DNA of 64,000 nt from an uncultured Chloroflexia bacterium (GCA_963809045.1 CAWEHW010000004.1:2221904-2285903); one strand, 5' to 3'. Shown: positions 44,114 to 53,752, numbered from the stretch's first letter. Made by a program: numbers and translations. Notes: generated by a model not told the origin, from the letters alone.

Positions 44114-44464
44114 ATGGCCACGTACACCCTGAACAGGAAAGCCGTAGCCCACGCCAAAGGTCTCATCGAGGCACGCCGATACGTCCTGACCAGCGACTGG
44201 GGCGAGAAGCAGCCCAGCGCCGATGACGAGAACCGGTATCTCGGCTCGCATGGCTGGGATGACTACGGGGCGTGGTTCCTGGCATTGACCGACGGCGCGA
44301 CCGACGAGACCAAGGGACGCCACGCGTTCGTGTATGGCGACTTCAAGCGGATCCACCGAACGGGTCTGATCGCCTGCGTGTATCGGGCTTCCGAATGGCG
44401 CCACAAGGAAATCGAGCTCGCGGCCCACGACCTCCTGCAGCTGCTCGACAAGAAGAGCGGGTAG
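44114..44464 (+). CDS. hypothetical protein (116 aa)
   Basis: ATG 44114 (MATYTLNRKAV...). Coding-like composition. No family recognised. Confidence 0.45.
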   Translation: MATYTLNRKAVAHAKGLIEARRYVLTSDWGEKQPSADDENRYLGSHGWDDYGAWFLALTDGATDETKGRHAFVYGDFKRIHRTGLIACVYRASEWRHKEIELAAHDLLQLLDKKSG

Positions 44465-44586
44465 CCGACCCGGGCAAGTCCCGGATCCTGTCGATTCGCG
44501 ACCCGGGCGTTCGTCGTTGAGTCAGGTGGCAGACAGCCACGGACCGGGCTGAACGGCCCGGCAGCGACGTCCCGGAGGATGGATCC

Positions 44587-44901
44587 ATGGCGAACTATCT
44601 CCTCGTGTACCACGGTGGCCAGATGCCCGACAGCCCCGAGGAGGGCGCGAAGGTACTGGAGGCCTGGACGAACTGGTTCAGCGTGCTTGGCGACTCACTC
44701 GTCGATCGCGGAAACCCGGTCTCGCAGGTTCGAACCGTCGCCAACAACGGTTCGATCAGCGAGGGCGGCGTCAATCCGTCGTCGGGCTACAGCGTCGTGA
44801 CGGCGGCCAGCCTGGACGCCGCGGTCAACCTGGCCAAGGGTTGTCCGCTTCTCAACGGCGGTGGCGGCAGCGTCGAGGTCGCCGAAACCTTCGCGATGTA
44901 G
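44587..44901 (+). CDS. YCII-related (DGPF-type) domain protein
   Basis: MANYLLVYHGG...EEGAKVLEAWTNWF...GYSVVTAASLDAAVNLAKGCPLL..GGSVEVAE. GGAGG RBS upstream. Confidence 0.65.
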   Translation: MANYLLVYHGGQMPDSPEEGAKVLEAWTNWFSVLGDSLVDRGNPVSQVRTVANNGSISEGGVNPSSGYSVVTAASLDAAVNLAKGCPLLNGGGGSVEVAETFAM

Positions 44902-44963
44902 GCGTGGCGTGGCGTGGCCGGCTCACGAGGTGTGCGCCGGCCGCGTCCAGTCACAATGCTTCG

Positions 44964-45848
44964 ATGGAAGGCACGGGCGCAGCGCGGCGAGTCGATCGCA
45001 CAAGCTTGCTGGCCTTTGTCGCGCTCGTCGGCCTGGTTGGCACCAACGTCGTAGCCATTCGGTTCAGCAACCGGGAACTTGCGCCGTTGTGGGGCGCGGG
45101 CCTTCGATTTGCGTTTGCCGCCCTGATCTTCTGGGTGCTCGCGATCGCGCGGCGGTCAACCCTTCCCAGGGGCAGGGCGCTCGTCGGCTCGGCGCTGTAT
45201 GGGCTCCTTGGGTTCGCCGCGTTCTTCGCGTTCCTGTACTACGGGCTCGTTCGCGCCTCAGCCGGCCTCGGTCAGATCGTGACCGCGCTGGTTCCGCTCC
45301 TCACGATGCTCCTGGCTATCGCCCAGGGCCTCGAACCGCTCCGCTGGCGCGCCATCGGGGGTGGGGCCATCGCCCTTGCGGGCATCGCGATCGTCTTCGG
45401 TGGCCAGGCAGGCGGCGACGTCCCGTTGGTCTCGATGTTGTCGCTGGTCCTGGCGGCCGCGGCGTTTGCCGAGACGGGGATCGTTGCCAAACGACTGCCG
45501 CCAGGCGATCCCGTCGCGACCAACGCAGTGGCCACGACCGTCGGCGCGGCCGTGCTGCTGCTCCTGTCGCTGGTTGCGGGCGAACCCTGGATCGTGCCAG
45601 TCCAGGCCGCAACGTGGATCTCGACGATCTACCTGGTGACGCTCGGGACGGTGGTCATCTTCCTGCTCTTCCTGTACCTCACGAAACGCTGGCTGGCATC
45701 GTCGGTCTCGTACCAGTTCCTGTTTACGCCATTCGTGGGCGTGGCGCTCGGGGCTGTCCTTCTCGGTGAGCCGCTGACGCCCCTCCTCGTGGCGGGCGGA
45801 GCCCTGGTGCTCGTTGGCGTATACGTCGGGGCCATGACTCGTCGCTGA
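44964..45848 (+). CDS. EamA/DMT-family transporter
   Basis: Ten hydrophobic helices in two EamA-like halves. Start at MEGTGAARRV (ATG 44964). Confidence 0.8.
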   Translation: MEGTGAARRVDRTSLLAFVALVGLVGTNVVAIRFSNRELAPLWGAGLRFAFAALIFWVLAIARRSTLPRGRALVGSALYGLLGFAAFFAFLYYGLVRASAGLGQIVTALVPLLTMLLAIAQGLEPLRWRAIGGGAIALAGIAIVFGGQAGGDVPLVSMLSLVLAAAAFAETGIVAKRLPPGDPVATNAVATTVGAAVLLLLSLVAGEPWIVPVQAATWISTIYLVTLGTVVIFLLFLYLTKRWLASSVSYQFLFTPFVGVALGAVLLGEPLTPLLVAGGALVLVGVYVGAMTRR

Positions 45849-45884
45849 GCGACCCGATGGACTCGAGCCGGTCAACACAGACCA

Positions 45885-45908
45885 GCCGGCTCCCCCAGAA
45901 GAGCCGGC
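45885..45908. terminator. bidirectional terminator-like hairpin between convergent genes
   Basis: GCCGGCTC (45885-45892) / GAGCCGGC (45901-45908), a perfect 8-bp stem with an 8-nt loop. Confidence 0.45.
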
Positions 45909-45936
45909 CAGTCGGGAAATTCTCGAAAAGGGTTGT

Positions 45937-46893
45937 CTACGGCGTCGCGGGCAGGCGCGTGATCCAGAACTCCGTGGGTGCCGGCATGACGCCGAACCGG
46001 GCGTTGACCACGTAGAGGCCGCCGAGGGCGAACGTCGCGGTCGTGGGCACGCTCAGGTCGGCTGGGTTCGCCGACGTGATCTCACCCACAAGCGATGCGC
46101 TCAGCAGGTCCGAGCCCAATTTCAGCACGGCGACCTTGTTGAGCTGGTTGCGGACCACGTAGAGGTTCCTGCCCCGGAGCGCGAGACCGTCACCGTTGGT
46201 GACGCTGTAGCCGGCCGTGTCGATCTGCTTCGTGGCGCCCGTCTTTGGGTCGACGCGGAACAGCAGGCCCTCGTTGCCCTGGACCAGGATCAGCCAGCCG
46301 TCCTTGGCGACGATCCCGTTCGCGTTGAAGCCGGCTGAATACGACAGGTCGCCGGTCAAGGGCAGCAGCGTCGCGGCCGAAGGCTCCGGCAGGCGGCCGA
46401 ACCGACCCAGCGGGACGACGGCGAGCTGCTGGAAGTTGGAATCGGTGGCGTACACGGCCTTGCGCGTGATCACGAGGTCGTTGATGAAACCCTCGGTCGC
46501 GAAGGTGTAGGTCTGGAGCAGGCGGCCGGTGAGTGCGTTGTACACGCGGATCGTGTGGTTGTTGGCACCGGCGACCCACAGTCGGCCGCGCCAGTCGATG
46601 TGGATGCCGGCGGCCTGCCGGCCGGTCACGCCCTCGACGAGGATCCGGCCCTCGCCGGTCCTGGCATTGCCCCGCCAGATCGCGCCATTCGCCACCGAGC
46701 CGACGTAGAGACGGCTCTTGAAGGCGGAGGTGATCCCTTCGGGCGCGAAGCCGTCAGGCAGGTCAATGATGGTTGGCAGGTCCTTCGCGGCCAATTTCGC
46801 GCCACGGTCGCCATCGTGGGCCGTGACGGCCGGGACCGCACTGACGAGGAGGGCCATCACGAGCCCCAGGATCAGGGTGAGTCGACGTGTCAT
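45937..46893 (-). CDS. secreted beta-propeller protein (SMP-30/gluconolactonase/LRE-like or NHL-like)
   Basis: Signal peptide MTRRLTLILGLVMALLVSAVPAVTA. Repeated strand patterns (PEGITS..LYVGS, GIHIDWRGRLWVAG, INDLVITRKAVYATDS, NGIVAKDGWLILVQ, DGLALRGRNLYVV). Confidence 0.65.
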   Translation of the reverse strand: MTRRLTLILGLVMALLVSAVPAVTAHDGDRGAKLAAKDLPTIIDLPDGFAPEGITSAFKSRLYVGSVANGAIWRGNARTGEGRILVEGVTGRQAAGIHIDWRGRLWVAGANNHTIRVYNALTGRLLQTYTFATEGFINDLVITRKAVYATDSNFQQLAVVPLGRFGRLPEPSAATLLPLTGDLSYSAGFNANGIVAKDGWLILVQGNEGLLFRVDPKTGATKQIDTAGYSVTNGDGLALRGRNLYVVRNQLNKVAVLKLGSDLLSASLVGEITSANPADLSVPTTATFALGGLYVVNARFGVMPAPTEFWITRLPATP

Positions 46894-47109
46894 CGGGTTG
46901 CGTCCTCCTTGTACGCCACGAGGTACGCCCCGAGCGGGGTGACGGATTGCCCCGGCAGGTGTCGAGCGAACGTCATGGCGGACGTCGAATGTCCAAGGCG
47001 GACCTTGGGGCGGGACACCATCAGGCTAGTCGTGTCGGGGCGACGGGCAAGGTCCCCGGGCAACCGATGGCATTTCAGGGGCATCGCAAATGGATAGCAA
47101 CGCGGGGCA

Positions 47110-48660
47110 TCACGTCACGTCGAGCCACCCGTAGGACCGCTCGACGCCCTTGTGCCAGCGAGCGATCCCCGCCAGCCGCGTCGCCGGATCCCTCGCGGGC
47201 TCCCAGCGGCGATCCGCGCGGTCCATCGCCCGCAGCTCGTCGAGTCCCGACCAGAACCCGACGGCGAGTCCCGCGGCATAGGCAGCTCCGAGCGCCGTCG
47301 TCTCGGCGATCGGTGGCGCGACCACGGTCCGATCGAGGATGTCCGCCTGGAACTGCATGAGCAGGTCGTTGCCGATCATCCCGCCGTCCACGCGCAGCTC
47401 CCCGGGGAGTGGCATCCCGAGATCGGCCGCCATGGCCTCGCACAGGTCGTAGACCTGGTAGGCCGTGCTCTCGAGCGCGGCGCGCGCAATGTGGGCACGC
47501 GTCGCGTAGGCCGTGAGCCCCGCGATCACGCCCCTGGCCTCGCTGCGCCAGTGCGGGGCGAAGAGCCCGGAGAATGCCGGCACGAAGACGACGTCGCCGC
47601 TGTCGGGCACGGAACGGGCGAGCGCCTCGACCTCGCCGGCATCGGCAATGATCCCGAGGTTGTCTCGCAGCCAGCCGATGAGAGACCCGGTGACCGCCAC
47701 CGAGCCTTCGAGGGCATACGTAGCCGGTCCATCGCCGAGCTTCGCCGCCACGGTCGTGATCAATCCATGGCTCGATGGCACGGGTCGCTCGCCGGTGTGC
47801 ATCAGGAGGAACGCGCCGGTCCCGTAGGTGCACTTGAGCTGGCCAGGTTCGAAGCAGGCCTGCCCGAACAAGGCCGCATGCTGGTCCCCGAGGTCGCCGC
47901 TGATCGGGACGCCGGCCAGCTCCCCCACCCCGGTGCCGTAACGCTCGGACGAGGGCCGGATCGCCGGGAGCATCGCCCGCGGGATGTCGATGACGTCGAG
48001 GAGCTCGGCGGCCCAATCCAGACGTTCGAGGTCCATCAACATCGTCCGCGAGGCATTGGTCACGTCGGTCACGTGGCGACCGCCACTAGGCCCGCCCGTC
48101 AGGTGCCAGATCAGCCAGGTATCGATCGTCCCGAAGAGCAGGTCCCCGGCTTCGGCCGCGGCGCGCCGCTCGCGTACCGCCTCGCGAGGCCCGTCGTCGA
48201 GCATCCAGGCGAGCTTGAGCGCCGAGGAGTAGGTCGAGATCGGCAGACCGGTCGTCTCACGAAACCGGTCGATCCCCGACTCGGCTGCGAGCCTCGCGCA
48301 CGCGTCGGCCGTCCGGGTGTCCTGCCAGACGATCGCGTTGCCGATCGGGTGGCCGGTCGTGCGCGACCAGACCACGGTGGTCTCGCGCTGGTTGCTGATC
48401 CCGACGGCGGCGAGGGCCCGCGCTCCCACGCCGGCCTCACGCAGCGCACCGCGGACGCACCCCTGGACGTTACGGAGGATCTCGTCGGCATCGTGCTCGA
48501 CCCACCCGGGACGTGGCGTGATCTGCCGATGGGCAAGCTGATGTCTGGCGACTGGCTGACCGGAGCGATCGAACAGGATGCACCGGCTGCTCGTGGTCCC
48601 CTGGTCGATCGCCGCGACGAGGGAGCCATCGGCCCGGGCGGACAGGTTCGAGGCGGTCAC
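47110..48660 (-). CDS. glpK: glycerol kinase
   Basis: [78 protein letters not shown] motifs. 516 aa. Confidence 0.9.
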   Translation of the reverse strand: MTASNLSARADGSLVAAIDQGTTSSRCILFDRSGQPVARHQLAHRQITPRPGWVEHDADEILRNVQGCVRGALREAGVGARALAAVGISNQRETTVVWSRTTGHPIGNAIVWQDTRTADACARLAAESGIDRFRETTGLPISTYSSALKLAWMLDDGPREAVRERRAAAEAGDLLFGTIDTWLIWHLTGGPSGGRHVTDVTNASRTMLMDLERLDWAAELLDVIDIPRAMLPAIRPSSERYGTGVGELAGVPISGDLGDQHAALFGQACFEPGQLKCTYGTGAFLLMHTGERPVPSSHGLITTVAAKLGDGPATYALEGSVAVTGSLIGWLRDNLGIIADAGEVEALARSVPDSGDVVFVPAFSGLFAPHWRSEARGVIAGLTAYATRAHIARAALESTAYQVYDLCEAMAADLGMPLPGELRVDGGMIGNDLLMQFQADILDRTVVAPPIAETTALGAAYAAGLAVGFWSGLDELRAMDRADRRWEPARDPATRLAGIARWHKGVERSYGWLDVT

Positions 48661-48673
48661 GGGCGCACCGCCG

Positions 48674-49807
48674 CTATGGCTTCGCGATGGTGTCGATCCA
48701 GAAACGCTTGATGAGCTCGTTCAGGGCGGTGTAGATCAGCGGTGCGCTGGCGATCAGGACGGCCCGCCCGAACGCGACCGTGTCGGCAAACGGCCAGGTG
48801 GTCATCTCGTGAACCGTCTTGCGAAGCGGGACCAGCGTGTTGGTCCGGGCGTTCAGCGCGGGGATCTCGGGGGCTGTCAGCGAACTCCGCCGGACCTCGT
48901 CATAGACCTCGGAAATCCGGGCGTTGAGGTCGGCCAGGACCGCGTCCTTCGCGTCGGACATCTGGCGGTGGACGCCTCGCAGCGGCAGGAGCAGCGCGAG
49001 CAGGCTGGCAACCGCGGCAAGCAGGAGCACGGTGTAGCTGATCCAGTGACTCGGCTGGCCGAGTCCGAGCAGGAAAATCACGATGATCCCGGCGGGCGCA
49101 AGGGCGCCGGCGAGCGCGATGTTGCCGAGCGGCAGGAGGTTGGTCGTGTCGAAGACGTCCACGTCCAGTGGTTCGCGGCAGAGCGCGCCCAGGGCGCGCC
49201 CATGCCGCACGGTCAGGAAGATGAGGCTGAGGCCCGCCCAGCCAAGGACCGTGTACCCGGCAAGGACCGCGAGCGCGGCAAGGGGACTCGAGGGCAGGAA
49301 CAGCTCGCCGCGCGTTGCGCTCGGCACGGGCAGATCCACGCCCAGACCAGCAAAGAGCGTCGTGACGATGAGCGCCGACGCAGCCAGCAGGACAAGGTTG
49401 GTGCGCACGTCGACCGGTTGGAGCCGATCGATGTACCCGCGCACGACCTTCGGATCGACCTTCATGACCCGCTCGATCGACGGGATCGCCCCCTGGACCG
49501 TTCGATCGACCACGCGGGTGATCAGCAGCATGTAGGCAACGACCGCAACCACCGTCCAGCGGGGCCCGGAAAAGGACGGCGGCAACATCTCGAGCGTCGC
49601 GCTGTCGGCCAGGTCCTCCGCCAGCTGCCCCGCCAGCACCAGGCCCACCGCAAGGACCACGACGAACGTCGCAGGAAACTCGAGATCGAACCGACGGTCG
49701 CGATCCCGGGCGGTCGCAGCGCGGGCGCGCCCGGGAGCGGCGGACGCCAGCGCCGGACCAGTCTTCCGCGTTGCGCTCTTCACGGGCCCTCCTGGGACGG
49801 CCCGCAT
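48674..49807 (-). CDS. polytopic membrane protein, hypothetical
   Basis: 377-aa ORF with about 6 hydrophobic helices and a C-terminal amphipathic region. Start uncertain. Confidence 0.5.
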   Translation of the reverse strand: MRAVPGGPVKSATRKTGPALASAAPGRARAATARDRDRRFDLEFPATFVVVLAVGLVLAGQLAEDLADSATLEMLPPSFSGPRWTVVAVVAYMLLITRVVDRTVQGAIPSIERVMKVDPKVVRGYIDRLQPVDVRTNLVLLAASALIVTTLFAGLGVDLPVPSATRGELFLPSSPLAALAVLAGYTVLGWAGLSLIFLTVRHGRALGALCREPLDVDVFDTTNLLPLGNIALAGALAPAGIIVIFLLGLGQPSHWISYTVLLLAAVASLLALLLPLRGVHRQMSDAKDAVLADLNARISEVYDEVRRSSLTAPEIPALNARTNTLVPLRKTVHEMTTWPFADTVAFGRAVLIASAPLIYTALNELIKRFWIDTIAKP

Positions 49808-49866
49808 TGTATGCCTCGTGTGAAGCGCTATTCTCGGCGCACCGTTCAGCCGGATTCGGGAGCTGC

Positions 49867-50790
49867 GTGACGATCCGCTCGCTCGACGTCCCCGACCTCG
49901 ACACGACCGACATCTCCGGGACGTTCAAGCGTCGCGTCCGTGAGGTCAGCCCCGGGCTGCTCCCGGAGGCGAACCGGCTGATCGAACGATTGCCACCGGA
50001 GCGCTGGATGCTCGAGTGGCACCTCCCGTGGTGGCTGGGGCATGCCCTCGGGCTCGATCGCGCGCTCGCGCGCGACATCGTGCTCAGCAACCTGTTCGGT
50101 CTCGGCTCGATCCGGATCCAGGACGACCTGGCGGATGGCGAGATCGCACGGCGCAAGACCGCCAAGGCGACGGCCCTCGCGACGACCCTGTACGAGCTCG
50201 CGCTCGAACCATACCGGGACCGGTTTCCTGCGGGATCGGCGTTCTGGGGGCACGTCGACGCGTGCATGATCGAGTGGCGAGCCGCCCAGGGTTCGGAGGG
50301 CCGGCTGGCGGCCCGGGGCGCGCCGCTCAAGATCTCGGCGTTCGGCGTCTGCCTGTTGGCCGGGCGCGACGACGTCTACCCAACCCTCGACCGGCTGCTT
50401 GACGATGCGCTCGAGGCGCTCGTCCTCTACGACCACATCGCCGATTGGCAGGCGGACCTCGATGCGGGGCGATGGAATGCCTTCGTCGCCGACCTGTCAG
50501 ACGGCCCGCAGGTCCCCGAGGAACGCACCCGGCATCGACGCGCGGCCCTCGTCGCGCTGATGACCACCGACACGATCGCGGTGCACATCGGTCGCGTGCA
50601 GGCCGGTCTCCTTCGCGCCGCCGATCTCGGCGACGCGTTGGTCGTGCCGGTCCCGCCGCTCGTGGCGCACCTTCGGTCGTTCGCGAGGCAGGTAGGCGAG
50701 GACGGCCGGGCGATCCAGGCGCACTACCGCGACCTTGGCGATCGCGCCGCGAGACTGCTGCTCGAGAGCCCGAACGATGAACGATCATAG
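49867..50790 (+). CDS. class-1 isoprenoid-biosynthesis-enzyme-like protein (polyprenyl/phytoene-synthase fold; ComQ-like candidate)
   Basis: GTG 49867 lies 4 nt after GGGAG. First Asp-rich motif IRIQDDLADGE (DDxxD). Second acidic motif LVLYDHIADWQADLDAGRWNAF. All-helical. 307 aa. Confidence 0.55.
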   Translation: MTIRSLDVPDLDTTDISGTFKRRVREVSPGLLPEANRLIERLPPERWMLEWHLPWWLGHALGLDRALARDIVLSNLFGLGSIRIQDDLADGEIARRKTAKATALATTLYELALEPYRDRFPAGSAFWGHVDACMIEWRAAQGSEGRLAARGAPLKISAFGVCLLAGRDDVYPTLDRLLDDALEALVLYDHIADWQADLDAGRWNAFVADLSDGPQVPEERTRHRRAALVALMTTDTIAVHIGRVQAGLLRAADLGDALVVPVPPLVAHLRSFARQVGEDGRAIQAHYRDLGDRAARLLLESPNDERS

Positions 50791-50840
50791 GAACCGGCAG
50801 GGACGGCGCTCGACGAGAGCCCACAGGGAGGAGAGGCCCG

Positions 50841-51119
50841 ATGGACAACAAGCACGACCCGCGCGAAGACACCCACGAGTACGGGTTCATGGAGCGGGAG
50901 CTGGCCTTCAAGCTGCTCGCGTCACACGCCCTGGTCGATGCTGAGTTCTTCGACTGGCTCCGAAAGGACCCGGAGGCAGCGGCGGCCCAGCTCCACATCC
51001 GCCTGACGGCGAAGGACGTGGAGTACCTCCGGGACGTGGTGGAGTGGGAGGGCATCACCACCGTGGCCGACGACATCCGCGAGCGCCTCCACCTGGACCA
51101 GGTGACCAACTCCTGGTAG
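50841..51119 (+). CDS. 92-aa peptide ending ...LDQVTNSW (candidate modified-peptide precursor)
   Basis: ATG 50841 follows a strong GGGAGGAGAGG RBS, 50 nt after the isoprenoid-enzyme-like gene. Acidic helical N-terminal region. The C-terminal residue is Trp. Confidence 0.55.
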   Translation: MDNKHDPREDTHEYGFMERELAFKLLASHALVDAEFFDWLRKDPEAAAAQLHIRLTAKDVEYLRDVVEWEGITTVADDIRERLHLDQVTNSW

Positions 51120-51191
51120 CGGCGACCCGCCCTGTCCGCTCGCGGGCCTCGACGAACCCGCCACGTGGCATCCATAGCGGCTCCATAACCT

Positions 51192-51234
51192 GATCCCAGG
51201 ATTCAAGGCATCGGATCCACGCAGGATCCCAAGG
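51192..51234. promoter_or_regulatory. direct repeats CAGGAT(T/C)C..AAGG / GATCC boxes upstream of the membrane-protein/two-component operon
   Basis: Read directly. CAGGATTCAAGG (51197-51208) and CAGGATCCCAAGG (51222-51234). GATCC-like cores at 51192, 51200, 51214 and 51225. RBS GAAGGAG and ATG 51254 follow. Confidence 0.3.
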
Positions 51235-51253
51235 TCTTGAAGGAGCACCACAC

Positions 51254-51688
51254 ATGTCTCGCACCATCGCCGCCATCCTGCTCGTCGCCCTGTTGGCGAT
51301 CGGGGGCGGGTTCATCGCCGTCACTGCCTACCAGGCGGGTCTCGGCACCGCCGTGACGACCGCCGTCGCCGAAGGCGGAGCAACGGTCGTGGCGCCCATC
51401 GCGCCGTACGGCATCGGGTACGGCTACGGCTGGCACGGCGGCGGCTTCGGGTTCTTCGGGTTCCTCGGCACGCTGCTGTTCATCTTCATCGTGTTCGGGC
51501 TGATCCGCGCCATCTTCTGGCGCGGCGGCCCGGGTCGGGGTCCGTGGGGCCACGATCACGGCGGCCGCGGGCGAACGTTCTGGGACAGCCGCTTTGGCGA
51601 GAGCTTCGATGACTGGCACCGACGCGCACACAACCCGGATTCATCCAACGAGCCGCCCGCATCGAATACCACTTCGAAGCCGGCTTGA
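51254..51688 (+). CDS. Gly/aromatic-rich small membrane protein
   Basis: Two TM helices (IAAILLVALLAIGGGFIAV; FFGFLGTLLFIFIVFGLI). YGIGYGYGWHGGGFGFFGF stretch. Cytoplasmic tail GRGPWGHDHGGRGRTFW. Confidence 0.6.
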   Translation: MSRTIAAILLVALLAIGGGFIAVTAYQAGLGTAVTTAVAEGGATVVAPIAPYGIGYGYGWHGGGFGFFGFLGTLLFIFIVFGLIRAIFWRGGPGRGPWGHDHGGRGRTFWDSRFGESFDDWHRRAHNPDSSNEPPASNTTSKPA

Positions 51689-51773
51689 CGGGGGGCCCTC
51701 CGCCGCTTCTTGCACCCTCGGACCCTTGGGTCCGGGGGTGCATGCGTTCTCCGCGGAGCACGCGCGAACTACG

Positions 51774-52481
51774 ATGCCTTCGATGAAGACCGTTCTCGTC
51801 GTCGATGACGAGCCGAAGATCACCCAGCTCGCTCGCGACTACCTCGAGCACGCCGGGTTCGAGGTCCTTGTCGCCGCCGACGGTCCCAGTGCGCTCAGCC
51901 TGGTCCGCCAGCGCCACCCGGACCTTGTCGTCCTCGATCTCGGGCTCCCCGGACTCGACGGCCTCGACGTCACCCGCGAGCTGCGACGCGATTCGACCAT
52001 TCCGATCGTGATGCTGACCGCCCGGGACGATGAGCTCGACAAGTTGCTCGGCCTGGAGCTCGGCGCCGACGACTACCTCACCAAGCCGTTCAGCCCGCGC
52101 GAGCTGGTGGCGCGCGTGCGGGCCGTGCTGCGCCGGAGCGAGACGGCCGCCGCGCCGAGCGACCTGATCCGGGCCGGCGACGTAGTCCTCGACGTGCCGC
52201 GGATGCGCACGGAGGTCGCCGGTCGCCCGATCGAGCTGACCGCCACGGAATTCGGGCTGCTGCGGACGCTCGCGGCGAGTCCCGGTCGGATCTTCACGCG
52301 ATCCCAGCTCCTCGACGAGATCCGTGGGGTCGCGTTCGAGTCGTACGAGCGGGCCATCGATTCCCACATCAAGAACCTGCGTCGCAAGCTGGAACCCGAC
52401 CCGCGCGAGCCTCGCTATGTGCTGACGGTGTACGGCGTCGGGTATCGCTTCGCTGACGACCGCGGGACGGCCAAGGCGTGA
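51774..52481 (+). CDS. OmpR/PhoB-family response regulator
   Basis: VLVVDDEPKI..., VVLDLGLPGLDG, DDYLTKPF. Winged-helix C-terminus (ELTATEFGLLRTLA...VYGVGYRF). Start ATG 51774 (or 51783). Confidence 0.9.
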   Translation: MPSMKTVLVVDDEPKITQLARDYLEHAGFEVLVAADGPSALSLVRQRHPDLVVLDLGLPGLDGLDVTRELRRDSTIPIVMLTARDDELDKLLGLELGADDYLTKPFSPRELVARVRAVLRRSETAAAPSDLIRAGDVVLDVPRMRTEVAGRPIELTATEFGLLRTLAASPGRIFTRSQLLDEIRGVAFESYERAIDSHIKNLRRKLEPDPREPRYVLTVYGVGYRFADDRGTAKA

Positions 52482-53641
52482 CCGGCGCGCCGAGCGAGCC
52501 CGGGAACGGCGAGCAGGAAGGCCGCGGTCCGTGGGGCCGGCGCGGCGATCACGGAGGCTTTGGGCCGTGGGCCAGTCGCGATCCCGAGGTCCGCCGGATG
52601 ATGCGCCGGCGGGCCCGCTACATGCGCCACGGACCGGGTGGGCCGTGGCGGTTCCGGCAGGGTTTCGGTTGCATCTTCGCGCTCCTCTTCCTCGTCGTCG
52701 TCGGTTCGATCCTGACGGCGACAGCCAGCGTGCTCTCGAGCCTCGAGCCGCTGCCCGTGCTGATCACGGCCCTGGTCATCGTCGGCATCCTGGCCACGCT
52801 CGCCCGTGGCACGGCCGGAGCGGCCCGCGACCTGGACACGATGCTCGCCGCCACGCAGCGGGTCGAGGAAGGCGACTACGCGGTGCGGGTCGGTCGGACG
52901 CGATCGGACCTCCGACCCATCCAGGAGCTCGCTCGGGGCTTCGACACGATGGCCGCGCGGCTCGAAACCAACGAGGAGCAACGCCGGACCTTGCTGGCCG
53001 ACGTCAGCCACGAGCTGCGAACGCCCCTTGCGGTCATCACCGGCAACCTCGAGGCCGTGATCGACGGGATCTACCCACCCGATCCCGAGCACCTGACGCC
53101 CATCCTCGACGAGACCCGGGTCATGGCCCGGCTGATCGACGACCTGCGAACGATCGCCTTGTCCGAGGCCGGCACCTTGACCCTCCATCCCGAGCCGACC
53201 GATCCCGACGTCCTCATCGGCGAGGTGCGGCAGGCGTTCGCGACGGTCGCCGCGTCCGCCGGTATCGCGCTCACCGCCGAGACCCGCGCTGACCTGCCGA
53301 TCCTCGACATCGATCCGGTCCGCATCCGGGAGGTCGTCGGCAACCTGGTCGCCAATGCCATTCGCCACACGCCGCGCGGCGGAACGGTCACGATCAGCGG
53401 TGTCGCGAGCCCGTCCACCGTGACGCTGACGGTCCGCGACACCGGCCCCGGGATCGATCCCGAGCTCCTCCCGCATGTCTTCGATCGGTTCGTCAAAGGC
53501 GCCGGATCGCGCGGCTCGGGGCTCGGGCTCGCCATCGCACGCGGGCTGGTGGAGGCGCACGGCGGCGCAATTTCCGTCGAGTCGCCCGCCGGTGGCGGAA
53601 CAACGTTCATGGTGGAGTTGCCGCTGGGCCCCGAACGCTAG
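52478..53641 (+). CDS. sensor histidine kinase (2 TM, HAMP, HisKA, HATPase_c)
   Basis: GTG overlaps the RR stop. H-box LLADVSHELRTPLAVI. N box VVGNLVANAIRHTP. G boxes RDTGPGI and GSGLGLAIA. The N-terminal tail carries GRGPWGRRGDHGGFGPW. Confidence 0.9.
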   Translation: MTGAPSEPGNGEQEGRGPWGRRGDHGGFGPWASRDPEVRRMMRRRARYMRHGPGGPWRFRQGFGCIFALLFLVVVGSILTATASVLSSLEPLPVLITALVIVGILATLARGTAGAARDLDTMLAATQRVEEGDYAVRVGRTRSDLRPIQELARGFDTMAARLETNEEQRRTLLADVSHELRTPLAVITGNLEAVIDGIYPPDPEHLTPILDETRVMARLIDDLRTIALSEAGTLTLHPEPTDPDVLIGEVRQAFATVAASAGIALTAETRADLPILDIDPVRIREVVGNLVANAIRHTPRGGTVTISGVASPSTVTLTVRDTGPGIDPELLPHVFDRFVKGAGSRGSGLGLAIARGLVEAHGGAISVESPAGGGTTFMVELPLGPER

Positions 53642-53752
53642 CCGAGGGCTCCTCCCCGCGGTGACAGACAGCACCGGGAACCGAGGCTGCGGCTCCGGAG
53701 TCTGACCGGCAACGGCCGACCACTCCCGTCGGTCAACCACAGGAGATCGACG

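Noticed and set aside
43919-44428. 169-aa minus-strand ORF overlapping the 44114..44464 plus-strand gene, and a tiny TM-like peptide at its 3' end.
   Set aside because: The composition is junk-like. The plus-strand ORF has the better coding pattern. The 13-aa hydrophobic tail is too short to support a call.
50841-51119. Calling the 92-aa peptide a bona fide NHLP/Nif11-family RiPP precursor.
   Set aside because: The resemblance to NHLP leaders is only a loose helical/acidic pattern. There is no Gly-Gly cleavage motif and no Cys-rich core. I kept it as a hypothesis within the ComQX-like finding only.
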